This document shows positions 10,463-20,397 of a DNA stretch of 64,000 bases, piece after piece. A program made the position numbers and the translations under genes. Source of the DNA: an uncultured Anaerolineaceae bacterium (GTDB lineage: Bacteria; Chloroflexota; Dehalococcoidia; Tepidiformales; Tepidiformaceae); the NCBI GenBank assembly GCA_964508715.1, contig CAZDUX010000011.1, positions 1 to 64,000 of the forward strand, read 5' to 3'. Position 1 is the first letter of the stretch; each line of letters starts with the position of its first letter. Below the pieces are notes generated by a model. The model worked only from the letters and a program-made list of their open reading frames with translations. It was not told where the DNA came from and did not search any database.

Positions 10463-11092
10463 AGAGAGCTCCGGGGGCGTTGGGCGTGCGTCTGCAGAGG
10501 GTGCCCGGCCTGCCGGGCTGGCTCAGTATCTTCCACAGCCCGGCGGTTTGACCGGGCGATGAGTTCGTGGGAGCAACGCGCGAAGAAGCTGGAGGCAAGA
10601 CGCGGGCGACAGAAGAAGCATGGCCGTTCGCTACTGACTGCCGTGAGGGCGGCCGAAGAGAAGCGCCTGCGCGAGTTGAAAAAACGGGCAGAAGAGCGGG
10701 AGAAGCGGGACTGAGCTGCCACCTGCGCCCACTGATCACGCGGCTTTCGACACGGCAGCCGTCAGCGCTGCCGCGTCAGGCTGGATGACGAACTCTCTTT
10801 CGAGCGGGCGCGCCGTACGGCTGAAGAGCGGCAGACCCGTGAGTGGCGGCAGGGTTCCGAGTTGCGAAAGCAGCGTGGCACGCGTTTCGGATTCACGAAT
10901 GCGGCGGCGGGAGTCGCTGAGCATGAGGTCGAGTTCGAGCATGGCGGTGATGAGTTCCCCCTGTAGCGGGATCCACCGTAGGAGGCCGATGCCGGGGAAC
11001 GCATGGGACTGGCGTCCCATCCCGTGTCGTAGGGAGGAGCATCCTGTGAACGGTTTCACACTCAGTAGCGCAGCGGTACACGGAAGGACGGG

Positions 11093-12703
11093 TTATCGAA
11101 GGGTGCGCAACGTCTGGCGGGCAAGGAGATAGGCTGGCACGGCGCCAACGAGGATGAGGGCGATGCCATAGGGAGCGGCGGAGGTGAAATCGAGCACCTC
11201 ACCATTCGTGGTCTTCCAGAGTTCGGTGGCGAGGGTGTCCTGGCCGGTTGGGTGGAGGAGGAGCGTCGTCGTGAGCTCTTTCCCCACGTTGAGGAGGACG
11301 AGGAGTGCGCCCGTTGCGATAGCAGGCAACGCGATGGGGAGCGTGACATGGAAGAACGTAGGAACGGGGCGCCGGCCGAGCGACCGCGAGACCTCCTCGT
11401 ACTGCGGCGAGGCGTGGTTGATACCGACGACCTGGGCGGCGACGGCGAGCGGCAGGTAGAGGATGACGTAGTCGATGACCAGCATGGTAGTCGACTGGTA
11501 GAGCGGGTAGAGCCAGTGAACGCCGAGGTACACGAGGGCGAGGGCCATGATGATCCCGGGGAGTGAATGAGCTACCCAGACGGCACGCTCGATGAACACC
11601 GAGAGTGGCCCCGGATAGCGGACAGCGAGGAGGCTGACCGGCAGGGCAAGGGCCGTGGCGGCCAGGGCGGCGGCGACGGCGAAGCGTGCGGTGTTGATAG
11701 TGGCGGAGGAGAGGGCCGTCCAGTCGACGCCGCCACCGTCGCCGGAGGCGAGGCCCGTGAGCCCGGCGGCGCTGACGAAGAGGGGGACACCGAGGGCGAT
11801 GAGCACGAGGAGCAGCGCAGCCAGGATGCAGAGCGGGCGAAGCCAGCCGAGGCGCCAGCTCATTGGCACGCGAGCCACGCCACTCCCAACGCGGGTGGGG
11901 TGGATGCTCCCGCGGAGCAGTCGCTCACTTGCGAGGAGGAGGACGGAACCAGCGGCGAGTACGACGGCAAGTGCCCGCGCAGCCTCGGGAGCGCCAAGGA
12001 CGGTGGCACGCTGGACGATGGCCGTGGTGAGGGTGCGGTAGCCAAGGAGCTGGAGTGCGCCATATTCGGCGAACATGTGGAGGGCAATGATGAGCGTGCC
12101 GCCGGCGATCGCGACCCGGAGCTGGGGGAGGGTTATCCGGAGGAAGACGTAGAGTCCGCCGCGGCCGGCGGCACGGCCAGCCTCCTCCTGGGCAGGGTCG
12201 ACACCGCGCAGTGCGGCGACAACGGGCAGGAAGACGTATGGGTAGAGCGCGACGCTGAGGATGAGAACGACACCGGGATAGGTTGAGATGAAGGTGGCGT
12301 CGGGGAAGTAGCGCAGGCTGGCGGCGACCCAGGTATAGGAGGAGACGAACGCCGGCACCCCAAGGGGAAGGATGAAGAGGACCGTCCAGGCGCGGCCAAG
12401 AGGCAGGTCGGTGCGGACGACGAGAACGGCGAGGGCGGTGCCGAGCAACGCACAGACAAGGCTCACGCCGAGGGTGAGCTTGATGGTGTTCATGAGCAGG
12501 GGAACGGTCGAGGGGTTGTCGAGCTCGTGCTGAAGGCGCTGGAGGCTGAACCCTTCGCGGAGAAGGAGGTAGCCAACGGGCATGAGGGAGATAGCCGCAA
12601 TTCCAAGGCCCAGAAGCAGGAGCAGCACCGGGGGCCTCGTGAAGGAGGCCCACCGGCGGGACGGCCAGCGAATGGCCGGTGCTGCTGTGGTTTCCAGGGT
12701 CAT
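11093..12703 (-). CDS. iron(III) ABC transporter permease (FbpB-like, duplicated BPD inner-membrane domains)
   Basis: 536 aa, about 12 TM, two tandem permease domains as in FbpB/ThiP-type permeases; operon with SBP and ATPase. Confidence 0.85.
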   Translation of the reverse strand: MTLETTAAPAIRWPSRRWASFTRPPVLLLLLGLGIAAISLMPVGYLLLREGFSLQRLQHELDNPSTVPLLMNTIKLTLGVSLVCALLGTALAVLVVRTDLPLGRAWTVLFILPLGVPAFVSSYTWVAASLRYFPDATFISTYPGVVLILSVALYPYVFLPVVAALRGVDPAQEEAGRAAGRGGLYVFLRITLPQLRVAIAGGTLIIALHMFAEYGALQLLGYRTLTTAIVQRATVLGAPEAARALAVVLAAGSVLLLASERLLRGSIHPTRVGSGVARVPMSWRLGWLRPLCILAALLLVLIALGVPLFVSAAGLTGLASGDGGGVDWTALSSATINTARFAVAAALAATALALPVSLLAVRYPGPLSVFIERAVWVAHSLPGIIMALALVYLGVHWLYPLYQSTTMLVIDYVILYLPLAVAAQVVGINHASPQYEEVSRSLGRRPVPTFFHVTLPIALPAIATGALLVLLNVGKELTTTLLLHPTGQDTLATELWKTTNGEVLDFTSAAPYGIALILVGAVPAYLLARQTLRTLR

Positions 12704-12719
12704 GGAGCGATCAACGGGG

Positions 12720-13802
12720 TCAGGAGATGCCAGCCTGGATGATCAGGTCCTTGGCGGCGGAGGAATCGGAGAGGCTCCCCTGGTCGAAAGCGGGTGAGGC
12801 GAGGTCCTGGAGGGGCTGAAGCCCGACCTTGCTGGTAACGCCAATTGCGACCGGGTACTGGGCGTTGGAGGAGGAGGCGATGAGGGCCTGGCCGCCATCG
12901 GGCGAGGCAAGCCAATCGATGAACCGCTGGGCTTCAGCCTGGTGGCCACTGGCCTTGAGGACCCCGGCGCCCGAGGCGAAGACCAGCGAACCCGCGTCTG
13001 GCTTCGTGAAGTAGTGGATCTTCGAGGCGATCTTGTCGGGGCCGCCTTTCTGATTGGCGAGGATCCACCAGTAGTAGTGGTTGCTCAGGCCGAAGGCGTG
13101 CTGCCCTGCCTCAACGGTGTCGCGGACTTTACCGTTGGAGCCTTCGTTGACGCCGTTTTCCTTGATGCCCTTGAGCCAGGCGAGTGTGGCATCTTTGCCG
13201 ATTGTATTGATGAGGTAGGTGACGGTGCCGGTGAATGCGCCGCTGGGGGCGTAGGCGAACTTCCCTTTCCACTCCGGTTTCACGAGGTCCATGATGCTGG
13301 TGGGGAGCTGGTTTTCGGCGATGAGCGAGGGGTTGTAATAGATAGCGCGAGCGCGGGCGGCATACGGAATCCAGTTGCCAGTCGAGGGGACGTATTTCTT
13401 ATCGACCCGGGCGAGGCTCGAGGCCGGGACAGGGCTGAGGAGGCCGGCCTTGTCGACCTGAGCAATTGGGCCCGGTTCTTCAGTCATGAAGACGTCTGCC
13501 CTGGTGCGGCTGCCTTCTTCGATGATCTGGTTGGCGAGGTCGGCATCTTTGCCGCTCCGGAGCTCGATCTTGATCCCGGTCTCCTTCTGGAAGGCATCGG
13601 CGAGTGACTGCGTGAGCCCCTCGTGCTGGCCGGAATAGACGGTGAGTGTGACTTTGGAAGGCTGAGCTGTGCCGGCCGCGGACGATGCAGTCGCGTTGGC
13701 GGATGGCTGGTCATCATCGCCACAGGCAGCCGCGGCTCCAAGGACGAGCAATGTGCCTGCGAGTACCGCGGCGGTGCGGGGAAAGAGGAGTCGGAGATTC
13801 AT
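12720..13802 (-). CDS. iron(III) ABC transporter substrate-binding lipoprotein (FbpA/AfuA-like)
   Basis: 360 aa; signal peptide with lipobox-like LGAAAACGDD; SBP family 1 pattern; adjacent to Fbp-type permease/ATPase. Confidence 0.8.
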   Translation of the reverse strand: MNLRLLFPRTAAVLAGTLLVLGAAAACGDDDQPSANATASSAAGTAQPSKVTLTVYSGQHEGLTQSLADAFQKETGIKIELRSGKDADLANQIIEEGSRTRADVFMTEEPGPIAQVDKAGLLSPVPASSLARVDKKYVPSTGNWIPYAARARAIYYNPSLIAENQLPTSIMDLVKPEWKGKFAYAPSGAFTGTVTYLINTIGKDATLAWLKGIKENGVNEGSNGKVRDTVEAGQHAFGLSNHYYWWILANQKGGPDKIASKIHYFTKPDAGSLVFASGAGVLKASGHQAEAQRFIDWLASPDGGQALIASSSNAQYPVAIGVTSKVGLQPLQDLASPAFDQGSLSDSSAAKDLIIQAGIS

Positions 13803-13926
13803 GAGTATCGGGTAACCCCAGGAAAAGGTAGCTCGAGGCTAAATGGATCGCCTCGCCAGGTACACTAGGCTTTCATACTCTAGAAAGCAAGTCTATCCTA
13901 ATTTCTGTACTGTGTTTCCACTAATC

Positions 13927-15036
13927 TCATGGAGATAGTGGCTGCGATTCGGTGCACGGGTAGGCGATAGCGGGGCGGGTTACTTCAACCGAGACGACGG
14001 CGCCGATGACCGGGAGATTGTGGCCGAGTTCGCGGACCGTGACCTGGGGGCCATCACCATCGGCACCCAGGGAGAGGCGGGCGACGCCCTCGTGACCGAA
14101 GAAACGCGTGCTGGTGACGCGCGCGGGGGTGCCGGCCTCGGCGAGCCGAAGGTGTTCGGGCCGCAGCATGACGGTGCAGGCGGTATCGAAGGCTGCGCCA
14201 CTGAACTCAACAGGAATACGGCCAAGGGCACAGTCGGCGAGAGCGACAGACTGGCTTCCGTTCTTCACCAGGACCCCGGGGAGGAGGATGGCATCGCCGA
14301 GGAAGGTTGCGGTCTCGATATCGGCGGGGAGGGCATAGACAAGAGCGGGCGGCCCGGCCTGGACGACGATGCCATCGCGCATGACGGCTACATGGTCGGC
14401 GAGGGAGAGTGCTTCGGCCTGGTCGTGGGTGACCAGGATAGAAGTGGTGCCAAGGGATTGGAGGAGGGCACGAACCTCTTCGCGAAGGTCGATGCGGAGG
14501 GCCGTGTCGATTGCGGAGAAGGGCTCGTCGAGGAGGACGACGCGTGGATTGGGGGCGAGTGCGCGGGCGAGGGCAATGCGCTGCTGTTGCCCCCCTGAGA
14601 GTTCGCCGGGCCAACGGCGCTCGTACCCGGGCAGTCCCACCATGGTGAGGAGTTCGTGGACCCGTTCGCGGCGTTGGCGGCGCGTGCGCGGTGACAGATT
14701 GCCGAGCCATGCTCTACCGAGGCCGAAGGCGATATTTGCTCCGACAGTGAGGTGCGGGAAGAGGGCGCCTTCCTGTGGGACGATACCGATGCGGCGGCGT
14801 TCCGGCGGGACATCGATAGTTGGGGCGACAAGGATCTCCTGGTCGAGGCGTACTTCACCGGAGTCGGGGCGCTCGAAGCCGGCGATGATGCGGAGGAGGG
14901 TACTTTTGCCACAGCCGGAAGCCCCGAGGATCGCTGTCAGGCGGCCGAGCGGGACCTCGAGATCGACACCACGGAGTGCGTGGACAGCGTGCGGGCGCGC
15001 GGGGAATGTCTTCTGAATGCCGGTGATACTGAGCAC
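13927..15036 (-). CDS. ABC transporter ATP-binding protein (FbpC-like, with C-terminal TOBE-type domain)
   Basis: Walker A GASGCGKST, ABC signature LSGGQQQRIALARAL, Walker B VVLLDEPFSA; about 130-aa C-terminal regulatory domain. Confidence 0.88.
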   Translation of the reverse strand: MLSITGIQKTFPARPHAVHALRGVDLEVPLGRLTAILGASGCGKSTLLRIIAGFERPDSGEVRLDQEILVAPTIDVPPERRRIGIVPQEGALFPHLTVGANIAFGLGRAWLGNLSPRTRRQRRERVHELLTMVGLPGYERRWPGELSGGQQQRIALARALAPNPRVVLLDEPFSAIDTALRIDLREEVRALLQSLGTTSILVTHDQAEALSLADHVAVMRDGIVVQAGPPALVYALPADIETATFLGDAILLPGVLVKNGSQSVALADCALGRIPVEFSGAAFDTACTVMLRPEHLRLAEAGTPARVTSTRFFGHEGVARLSLGADGDGPQVTVRELGHNLPVIGAVVSVEVTRPAIAYPCTESQPLSP

Positions 15037-15169
15037 GATTGAACTGACCCAGCTTTGAGGCTAGCCCCTCGGGGGTGATAACGAAACCTCGCGGGAACGG
15101 GGCCGGGCCGGCAGGAAACGTGCCGCGCGCCCGCGGGAGCATGGGGGCGGCGTCCTGTAGGCTACGGGC

Positions 15170-15964
15170 GTGGCAACTGCAGCGGTGAGGATGCGTGCTC
15201 CCGGGAGCCGGAGCCTGCGTAATGCGCTCGAACTGCTCTCGGCACTGACGAGCCGCGACCTGCGCCTGCGCTACCAGGGGAGCATCTTTGGGTGGGCGTG
15301 GACGTTGCTGAGGCCGCTGGCGCTGGGGCTCATCCTGGCGTTTGCCCTGGGGAAGGTGCTGGGAACAGGGATCACGGCGGTGTTCCTGCTTACCGGGCTG
15401 TTCCCATGGTTCTGGTTCCAGGGGGCGGTGCAACAGGCGTCCACGTCGTTCGTCGGGAACGGCGGGCTCCTGAAGAAGGTGCGATTCCCGCGGGCGGTGC
15501 TGCCGATGAGCGTCGTGCTCGGGAACACGCTCCAGTTCGTGCTGGCGATGCCGGTGCTCGCAGCGTTCCTGATCATCGACGGGCACGAGCCGACGCTCGC
15601 GTGGGTGGTTGGCCTGCCGGTGCTGTTCGGGCTGCAGCTGGCGCTCACCTCGGGAATTGCATTATTCGTCGCAAGCGTGACGGTGTTCTTTCGCGATCTC
15701 GAGCACATTGTCGAGGTGCTGCTGAACCTTCTCTTCTATGCGACACCGATCATCTATGCGGCGGGCCAGATTCCCGGCGGATACCGCTGGATCCTCTGGG
15801 TGAACCCGCTGGCGCCGTTGGCCGAAGGCTGGCGGACGGTGCTGCTCGATGGTGAATACCCCGGCGCCGACCTGCTTGGAACGCTCGCGTTGAGCGTGGC
15901 TGCAATTGCACTTGGCTGGTTCGTCTTCAGGCAGACGGAAGACGCCCTCGCGGACGCGATATGA
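15170..15964 (+). CDS. ABC-2 type exporter permease (Wzm/TagG-like polysaccharide/teichoic-acid export)
   Basis: 264 aa, 6 TM, N-terminal LRYQGSIFGWAWTLLRPL motif typical of ABC-2 Wzm. Confidence 0.8.
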   Translation: MATAAVRMRAPGSRSLRNALELLSALTSRDLRLRYQGSIFGWAWTLLRPLALGLILAFALGKVLGTGITAVFLLTGLFPWFWFQGAVQQASTSFVGNGGLLKKVRFPRAVLPMSVVLGNTLQFVLAMPVLAAFLIIDGHEPTLAWVVGLPVLFGLQLALTSGIALFVASVTVFFRDLEHIVEVLLNLLFYATPIIYAAGQIPGGYRWILWVNPLAPLAEGWRTVLLDGEYPGADLLGTLALSVAAIALGWFVFRQTEDALADAI

Positions 15965-16878
15965 GCACGCCATCGGTCCGGGTGAGCCATGTTTCGAAGC
16001 GGTTCGCACCGGTGCAGGGAGGCGAACTGAAGACGATACTGCTGCACCCGGCCCGCGCCTGGCGCGAGCACGGGAAGCGGACACCGACATGGGCCGTGAA
16101 CGACGTGAGCTTCGAGGTGGGGCGAGGCGAGTTCTTCAGCATCATCGGAGCGAACGGGAGCGGGAAAAGCACACTCCTGCGGCTGGTGGCCGGGCTTTCG
16201 AAGCCGACGACAGGCTCGGTCGAGCTTTCGGGGCGGCTGTCGGCACTGCTCGAACTGGGCTCGGGGTTCCACCCGAACGTGAGCGGGCGCGAGAACGCGA
16301 TCATCAACGGGCTGCTCATCGGCATGACACGGGCGGAGATCGAGGTGCTGTTGCCGCGTATCGTGGCGTTTGCGGGGCTGCAGGAGTTCATCGACCAGCC
16401 GATGCGGACGTACTCATCGGGGATGTACGTGCGGCTGGGGTTCGCCATCGCGGCGCACATGGACCCGGAGATCCTGCTGGTGGACGAAGTGCTGGCGGTG
16501 GGCGATGCGAAGTTCCAAGAGAAATGCTACGACCATATCTCGGGGTTACAGGCGCAGGGTGTGACCATCGTGATGGTCTCGCACGATCTCGGGGCGGTGG
16601 AGCGCTTCTCATCGCGTGCGGCACTGATGGAACGGGGGAGGATGATCGCGATCGGCGAGCCGGAACGGATCGTTGCGATGCACCTGGAGCGGCTGGCGGA
16701 GAGTTCGCCGGAGATCAAGCGGGCGATCGGCGAGACGATGGAGGCGAACCCGGAGATGGTCGAAGAGCGGATCGCGAATGACCCGGCCTACAACGCGGCG
16801 TTTTCGAAGGCACTGGAGACGAACCCGGAGTTTCAGCGGGCGATGGCCGAGAAGGCAGTGCGCGAGCGGGGCGAATGA
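15961..16878 (+). CDS. ABC transporter ATP-binding protein (Wzt/TagH-like)
   Basis: Walker A GANGSGKST, signature YSSGMYVRLGFA, Walker B LLVDEVLAVGD; start overlaps permease stop. Confidence 0.88.
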   Translation: MSTPSVRVSHVSKRFAPVQGGELKTILLHPARAWREHGKRTPTWAVNDVSFEVGRGEFFSIIGANGSGKSTLLRLVAGLSKPTTGSVELSGRLSALLELGSGFHPNVSGRENAIINGLLIGMTRAEIEVLLPRIVAFAGLQEFIDQPMRTYSSGMYVRLGFAIAAHMDPEILLVDEVLAVGDAKFQEKCYDHISGLQAQGVTIVMVSHDLGAVERFSSRAALMERGRMIAIGEPERIVAMHLERLAESSPEIKRAIGETMEANPEMVEERIANDPAYNAAFSKALETNPEFQRAMAEKAVRERGE

Positions 16879-17777
16879 GGGAGTGCGCACCACGGGTGGC
16901 GGTGCTGACGGTGACGACGAACGCCGCCGAACACCTGCCGGCCTACCTCGACGCGCTGGCAGCAGTGACCTACCCGGCGATCGAACTCTGGGTGGTGGAC
17001 AACGCATCGGGCGACGATTCGGCGGAGATGGTGGAGGCGCGATGGCCCGCCGCACGGGTGCTTCGCAATGACCGGAACCTGGGATTCACCGGGGCCTGCA
17101 ACCGGGCGATCGAGGTCATCCTGGCGGAGGGGCAGGCCGAGTACGTGCTCTTCCTGAACGACGACACAGAAGTGACACCGGGGTTCCTCGAGCCGCTGGT
17201 AGCCCTCGCGGGGAGGCGGACCCTGGTTGCCCCGAAGACATACCTCGCGGGGCGGCCAGGGATCCTCGACGACGCCGTTGGGACGTTCGACTGGTGGCGC
17301 GGGACGTGGAAACGGCGCGTGCTGGGAAGGCAGGAGGGGCACGGCGACACCTACGCACACCCCGTAGAGACGGCGAACCTGTCGTGCCTGCTCGTGCCAG
17401 CCGGGGCGTTTCGCGAGGCCGGGATGCTCGACGACGCGTTCTTCGTGTATTACGACGACACGGATTTCTGCAGGCGCGTCCGAGAGCGAGGGTTCCGGAT
17501 CCTCTTCGAGCCAGCATCGGTGGTTTTCCATCGGAAGGGGGCGACGCTGGGCGGGCAACTCTCGGCGTTCGGGTGCTATTACCTGGCACGCAACCGGCCG
17601 TACCTCATTCGCAAACACCGGAACCGGCTCCAGTTCGGGGTGTTCTTCGCGTATTTCGTGGCGACGCGCGCGGCACGGATGGTGCTCTGGGTGCGGCAGG
17701 GGCGGCGCGACCTGGTGGCGGCAACGCTTGCGGGGATACGCGACTTCATGCTGGGCCGGATGGGAGCACGGCGCTAA
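16875..17777 (+). CDS. glycosyltransferase family 2
   Basis: VAVLTVTTNAAEHL...LWVVDNASGDDS...FLNDD..V pattern (DxD-like) typical of GT2; overlaps upstream stop. Confidence 0.8.
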   Translation: MRECAPRVAVLTVTTNAAEHLPAYLDALAAVTYPAIELWVVDNASGDDSAEMVEARWPAARVLRNDRNLGFTGACNRAIEVILAEGQAEYVLFLNDDTEVTPGFLEPLVALAGRRTLVAPKTYLAGRPGILDDAVGTFDWWRGTWKRRVLGRQEGHGDTYAHPVETANLSCLLVPAGAFREAGMLDDAFFVYYDDTDFCRRVRERGFRILFEPASVVFHRKGATLGGQLSAFGCYYLARNRPYLIRKHRNRLQFGVFFAYFVATRAARMVLWVRQGRRDLVAATLAGIRDFMLGRMGARR

Positions 17778-19054
17778 TCGCTGCCCGATGCGGACTCCAG
17801 GGAGCGGCGGAGACGCTGGCGGCGATGTTCGAGCGCGCCGGTGCTGGTCTCGCTGCCGGGAGCGCCGGGACGAAGGAGGCCACGCTCGATGAGGCCGAGC
17901 GCGGTCTCGACGAGCATGTACGCTTCTGAGCGGTCATGCGTGCGGTGCTCGGCGATCTTGGCGAGTTCGACGTACGGCAGCACGCGGCGAGAGCGTGGCT
18001 CATTGATGAGGGCGCGCCAGCAGCGGGCAGCGTCGGCATACTGGTGGAGTTTCGTGTAGCAGCGCGCTGCCTTCTCCCAGGCTTCGAGGCGTTCAGCACG
18101 GCCGATGCCCTCATCGATGGCGGATTCGTAATAGCGCGCGGAACTCGCGTAGTCACCTGCATACTCCGCGGCCCGGGCAGCCTGGAGCGGCGAGGCGTCA
18201 CCCTCACAGACAGCGCCGAGGTGGGCGGCGAGGGCAACGAGGCTGAGGACATCCCAGGCGTTGTGGCGAAGGACCGGGAGGATGTGCGTGGGGTCGCTCG
18301 TTCGCTGGAAACGGAAGTACCGCTCGGGGACTTCGGCCGACGGGCAGTCGTCTTCACGTTCAAAGCCAAGCAGCTCAACTTCCATGTGGACGAGGCGGTG
18401 GGAATCGAATGCGCCCTTGAAGAGGCGGCGGTTTGGGTGCAGCAGGTCGAGGTGAGGGAGCTGGCGGAAGAGCGGGCGCTGCCGCGAGAGGATGTAGCGC
18501 GCTTCGAGGAGGGGAAGGTCGAACGACTTGCCGTTGTAGCTGACGAGGGCAGCCGCATGATCGAGATCTTCGGCAAGGCCGCCAAGGAGACCACCTTCGT
18601 AGGCGGGCGACGGGAGGAGGTACTGGCGGAGCTTGAGGAGCGATCCATCGAAACGGGCGACCCCGGCGAGGAAAACCATAGAGCCCGCGCCGCCGAGGCC
18701 CGTCGTCTCGGTGTCGACGTAGAGGAAATCGCGGGGGTGGCATGAGGCGAGGCGCGGATCACGCGTCTGGCCGGCAAGACGAGCAGGGTCGACGGAGATC
18801 GCGCGGTGGAGGGGGATGCGGCCGTGCTCGTGACCCGTTTCGTAGACACTCTCGATGACGTAGCCGGGGCCGTTGGGCGACTGGAACCAGCGGCCGCCGA
18901 GGCCCGAGAGGTCGGTGAGTTCGGTGACGCTTTCGATGCGGGCTGCCGGTGCACGTGCTGGCTGGTGGAGCGCCGCGCGGAGCTTATCGCGGAGAGGCGT
19001 CGGTGCGGGCTGGTCGCCGAACATTTGTGCGAAGGGTGCACGAACCAACGGCAA
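17774..19054 (-). CDS. RNase H-like 3'-5' exonuclease domain protein (YprB/COG3359-like) with C-terminal TPR-like repeats
   Basis: FLYVDTETTGLGGAGSMVFLAGV motif (DxE exonuclease/PolB-exo like); C-terminal helical repeats (YAGDYASSARYYESAI..AARCYTKLHQYADAARCWRAL). Confidence 0.6.
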   Translation of the reverse strand: MPLVRAPFAQMFGDQPAPTPLRDKLRAALHQPARAPAARIESVTELTDLSGLGGRWFQSPNGPGYVIESVYETGHEHGRIPLHRAISVDPARLAGQTRDPRLASCHPRDFLYVDTETTGLGGAGSMVFLAGVARFDGSLLKLRQYLLPSPAYEGGLLGGLAEDLDHAAALVSYNGKSFDLPLLEARYILSRQRPLFRQLPHLDLLHPNRRLFKGAFDSHRLVHMEVELLGFEREDDCPSAEVPERYFRFQRTSDPTHILPVLRHNAWDVLSLVALAAHLGAVCEGDASPLQAARAAEYAGDYASSARYYESAIDEGIGRAERLEAWEKAARCYTKLHQYADAARCWRALINEPRSRRVLPYVELAKIAEHRTHDRSEAYMLVETALGLIERGLLRPGAPGSETSTGALEHRRQRLRRSLESASGSD

Positions 19055-19107
19055 ATGACAAGTGGCAGGCTATGACCGCCACGTTCGAACTCACCTGTTG
19101 CGTGTCG

Positions 19108-19581
19108 TCACAGGCGGCCTTCGTTGACGATGGCTTCGAGGAGGTCGTCCCTGGCAGCGAAGCCGTGACGAGCGTAGAGGGTGCGACTACGGGCAGTGGG
19201 CCAGAGGATAGCGGAGTCGGTGCCGTTTTCGCGGCAGAATGCCATGGCGGTCGAAACGAGCAGTTCGCCGGCCCCCTGTCCGCGGGCGGCGGGAACGACG
19301 AAGACGTTCGTTATGTAGGCGTGACATTCGAGTTCGGGGCCGGGATTCGGGAGCTTTTCAATGAGCTGGAGCCAGAGATTGCCAGCGATGCTCCCGGCAT
19401 CGTCTTGCAGGAGCCAGCAACGCCAACTCGAGCCAGGTTCGAGGCGAACGGCCATCCATTCGGCGCAGCGAGTGATGAACTCCTCTTCCGGTTCGATCGG
19501 TGGCCGCTCGGCTGCTCGAAAGTCGTAGCGAAGCCGGGCGAGAGCCATTGCATCGGCGGGGGTAGCGAGCCGGATGTTCAC
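19108..19581 (-). CDS. GNAT family N-acetyltransferase
   Basis: 157 aa; acetyl-CoA binding motif region (VVPAARGQGAGELL); overlaps upstream hydrolase stop. Confidence 0.75.
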   Translation of the reverse strand: MNIRLATPADAMALARLRYDFRAAERPPIEPEEEFITRCAEWMAVRLEPGSSWRCWLLQDDAGSIAGNLWLQLIEKLPNPGPELECHAYITNVFVVPAARGQGAGELLVSTAMAFCRENGTDSAILWPTARSRTLYARHGFAARDDLLEAIVNEGRL

Positions 19582-20387
19582 ACCGGGAGCGGATGCCGGC
19601 CGAGGAATTCGACGACAGCGGCGGAGGCCTCCTCACGGAACTCGATGAAGAAGCCGTGGCGGCCGCCCTCGATGTACCGCAGCTCGGCGTTCGGAATGCG
19701 GCCGGCGAGGAGCGGCGCGTTCGCCGTCACGTTGATCTGGTCGTTTGTCCCGTGGATGACGAGGACGGGCGCGGCGAGCTCGGGAAGGCGCTCCCAGGCG
19801 TCATGGCCCTCGCTCGCCTGGTAGTGAAGCTTCTGACAGTACGCGGGGATTGGATTGCGGGCGCGCTCACGCATGAACTCCACGTACTCGGGGTGTGCAT
19901 CGAGGTACTCGGGCGAAACCATCTGCCCGGCGAGGAAGCGGAACGCCTCCTCGGGGTCGGTGGGCCGGTTTGCCATCCGTGCGTCGACTTCAGGCGGGCG
20001 GCGGACGCCGTGGGCGTTGCCGGGCGTGGTGCAACCGAGGACGAGCGCGCCAACACGGCCAGGGTGGTCGATACCCAACCACTGGCAGATCCGGCCACCC
20101 ATGGAGATGCCGTAAGCATGCGCACGGCTGATACCGAGGTGGTCGAGCAACGCGACGGCGTCGTGTGCAAACTCGCGGGTGGTATAGCGGCCGGCTTCGC
20201 GGGGTTTGTCACTCTGGCCGGTCCCGATGTGATCGAAGGCGATGACGCGGTAGTGACCGGCAAAATCGTTACGGATGGCATCCCACATGTGGTGGTCGCT
20301 ACCCTGGCCGGCGATGAGGAGGAGCGGCTCACCGGCGCCGGTTTCTTCGTAGTAGAGCGAAAGGCCTCGGGACGGTGCGAACGGCAT
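19578..20387 (-). CDS. alpha/beta hydrolase
   Basis: Start refined to MPFAPSRGLSLYYEETGAGEPLLLIAGQGS; nucleophile elbow YGISMGG; the 439-aa ORF N-terminus is a low-complexity frame extension. Confidence 0.8.
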   Translation of the reverse strand: MPFAPSRGLSLYYEETGAGEPLLLIAGQGSDHHMWDAIRNDFAGHYRVIAFDHIGTGQSDKPREAGRYTTREFAHDAVALLDHLGISRAHAYGISMGGRICQWLGIDHPGRVGALVLGCTTPGNAHGVRRPPEVDARMANRPTDPEEAFRFLAGQMVSPEYLDAHPEYVEFMRERARNPIPAYCQKLHYQASEGHDAWERLPELAAPVLVIHGTNDQINVTANAPLLAGRIPNAELRYIEGGRHGFFIEFREEASAAVVEFLGRHPLPV

Positions 20388-20397
20388 AGCGGGGACG

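Noticed and set aside
10736-11059. 107-aa ORF on the minus strand downstream of the iron permease gene
   Set aside because: No recognisable domain, no convincing RBS, and it overlaps an equally long ORF on the opposite strand. Insufficient evidence to call it coding.
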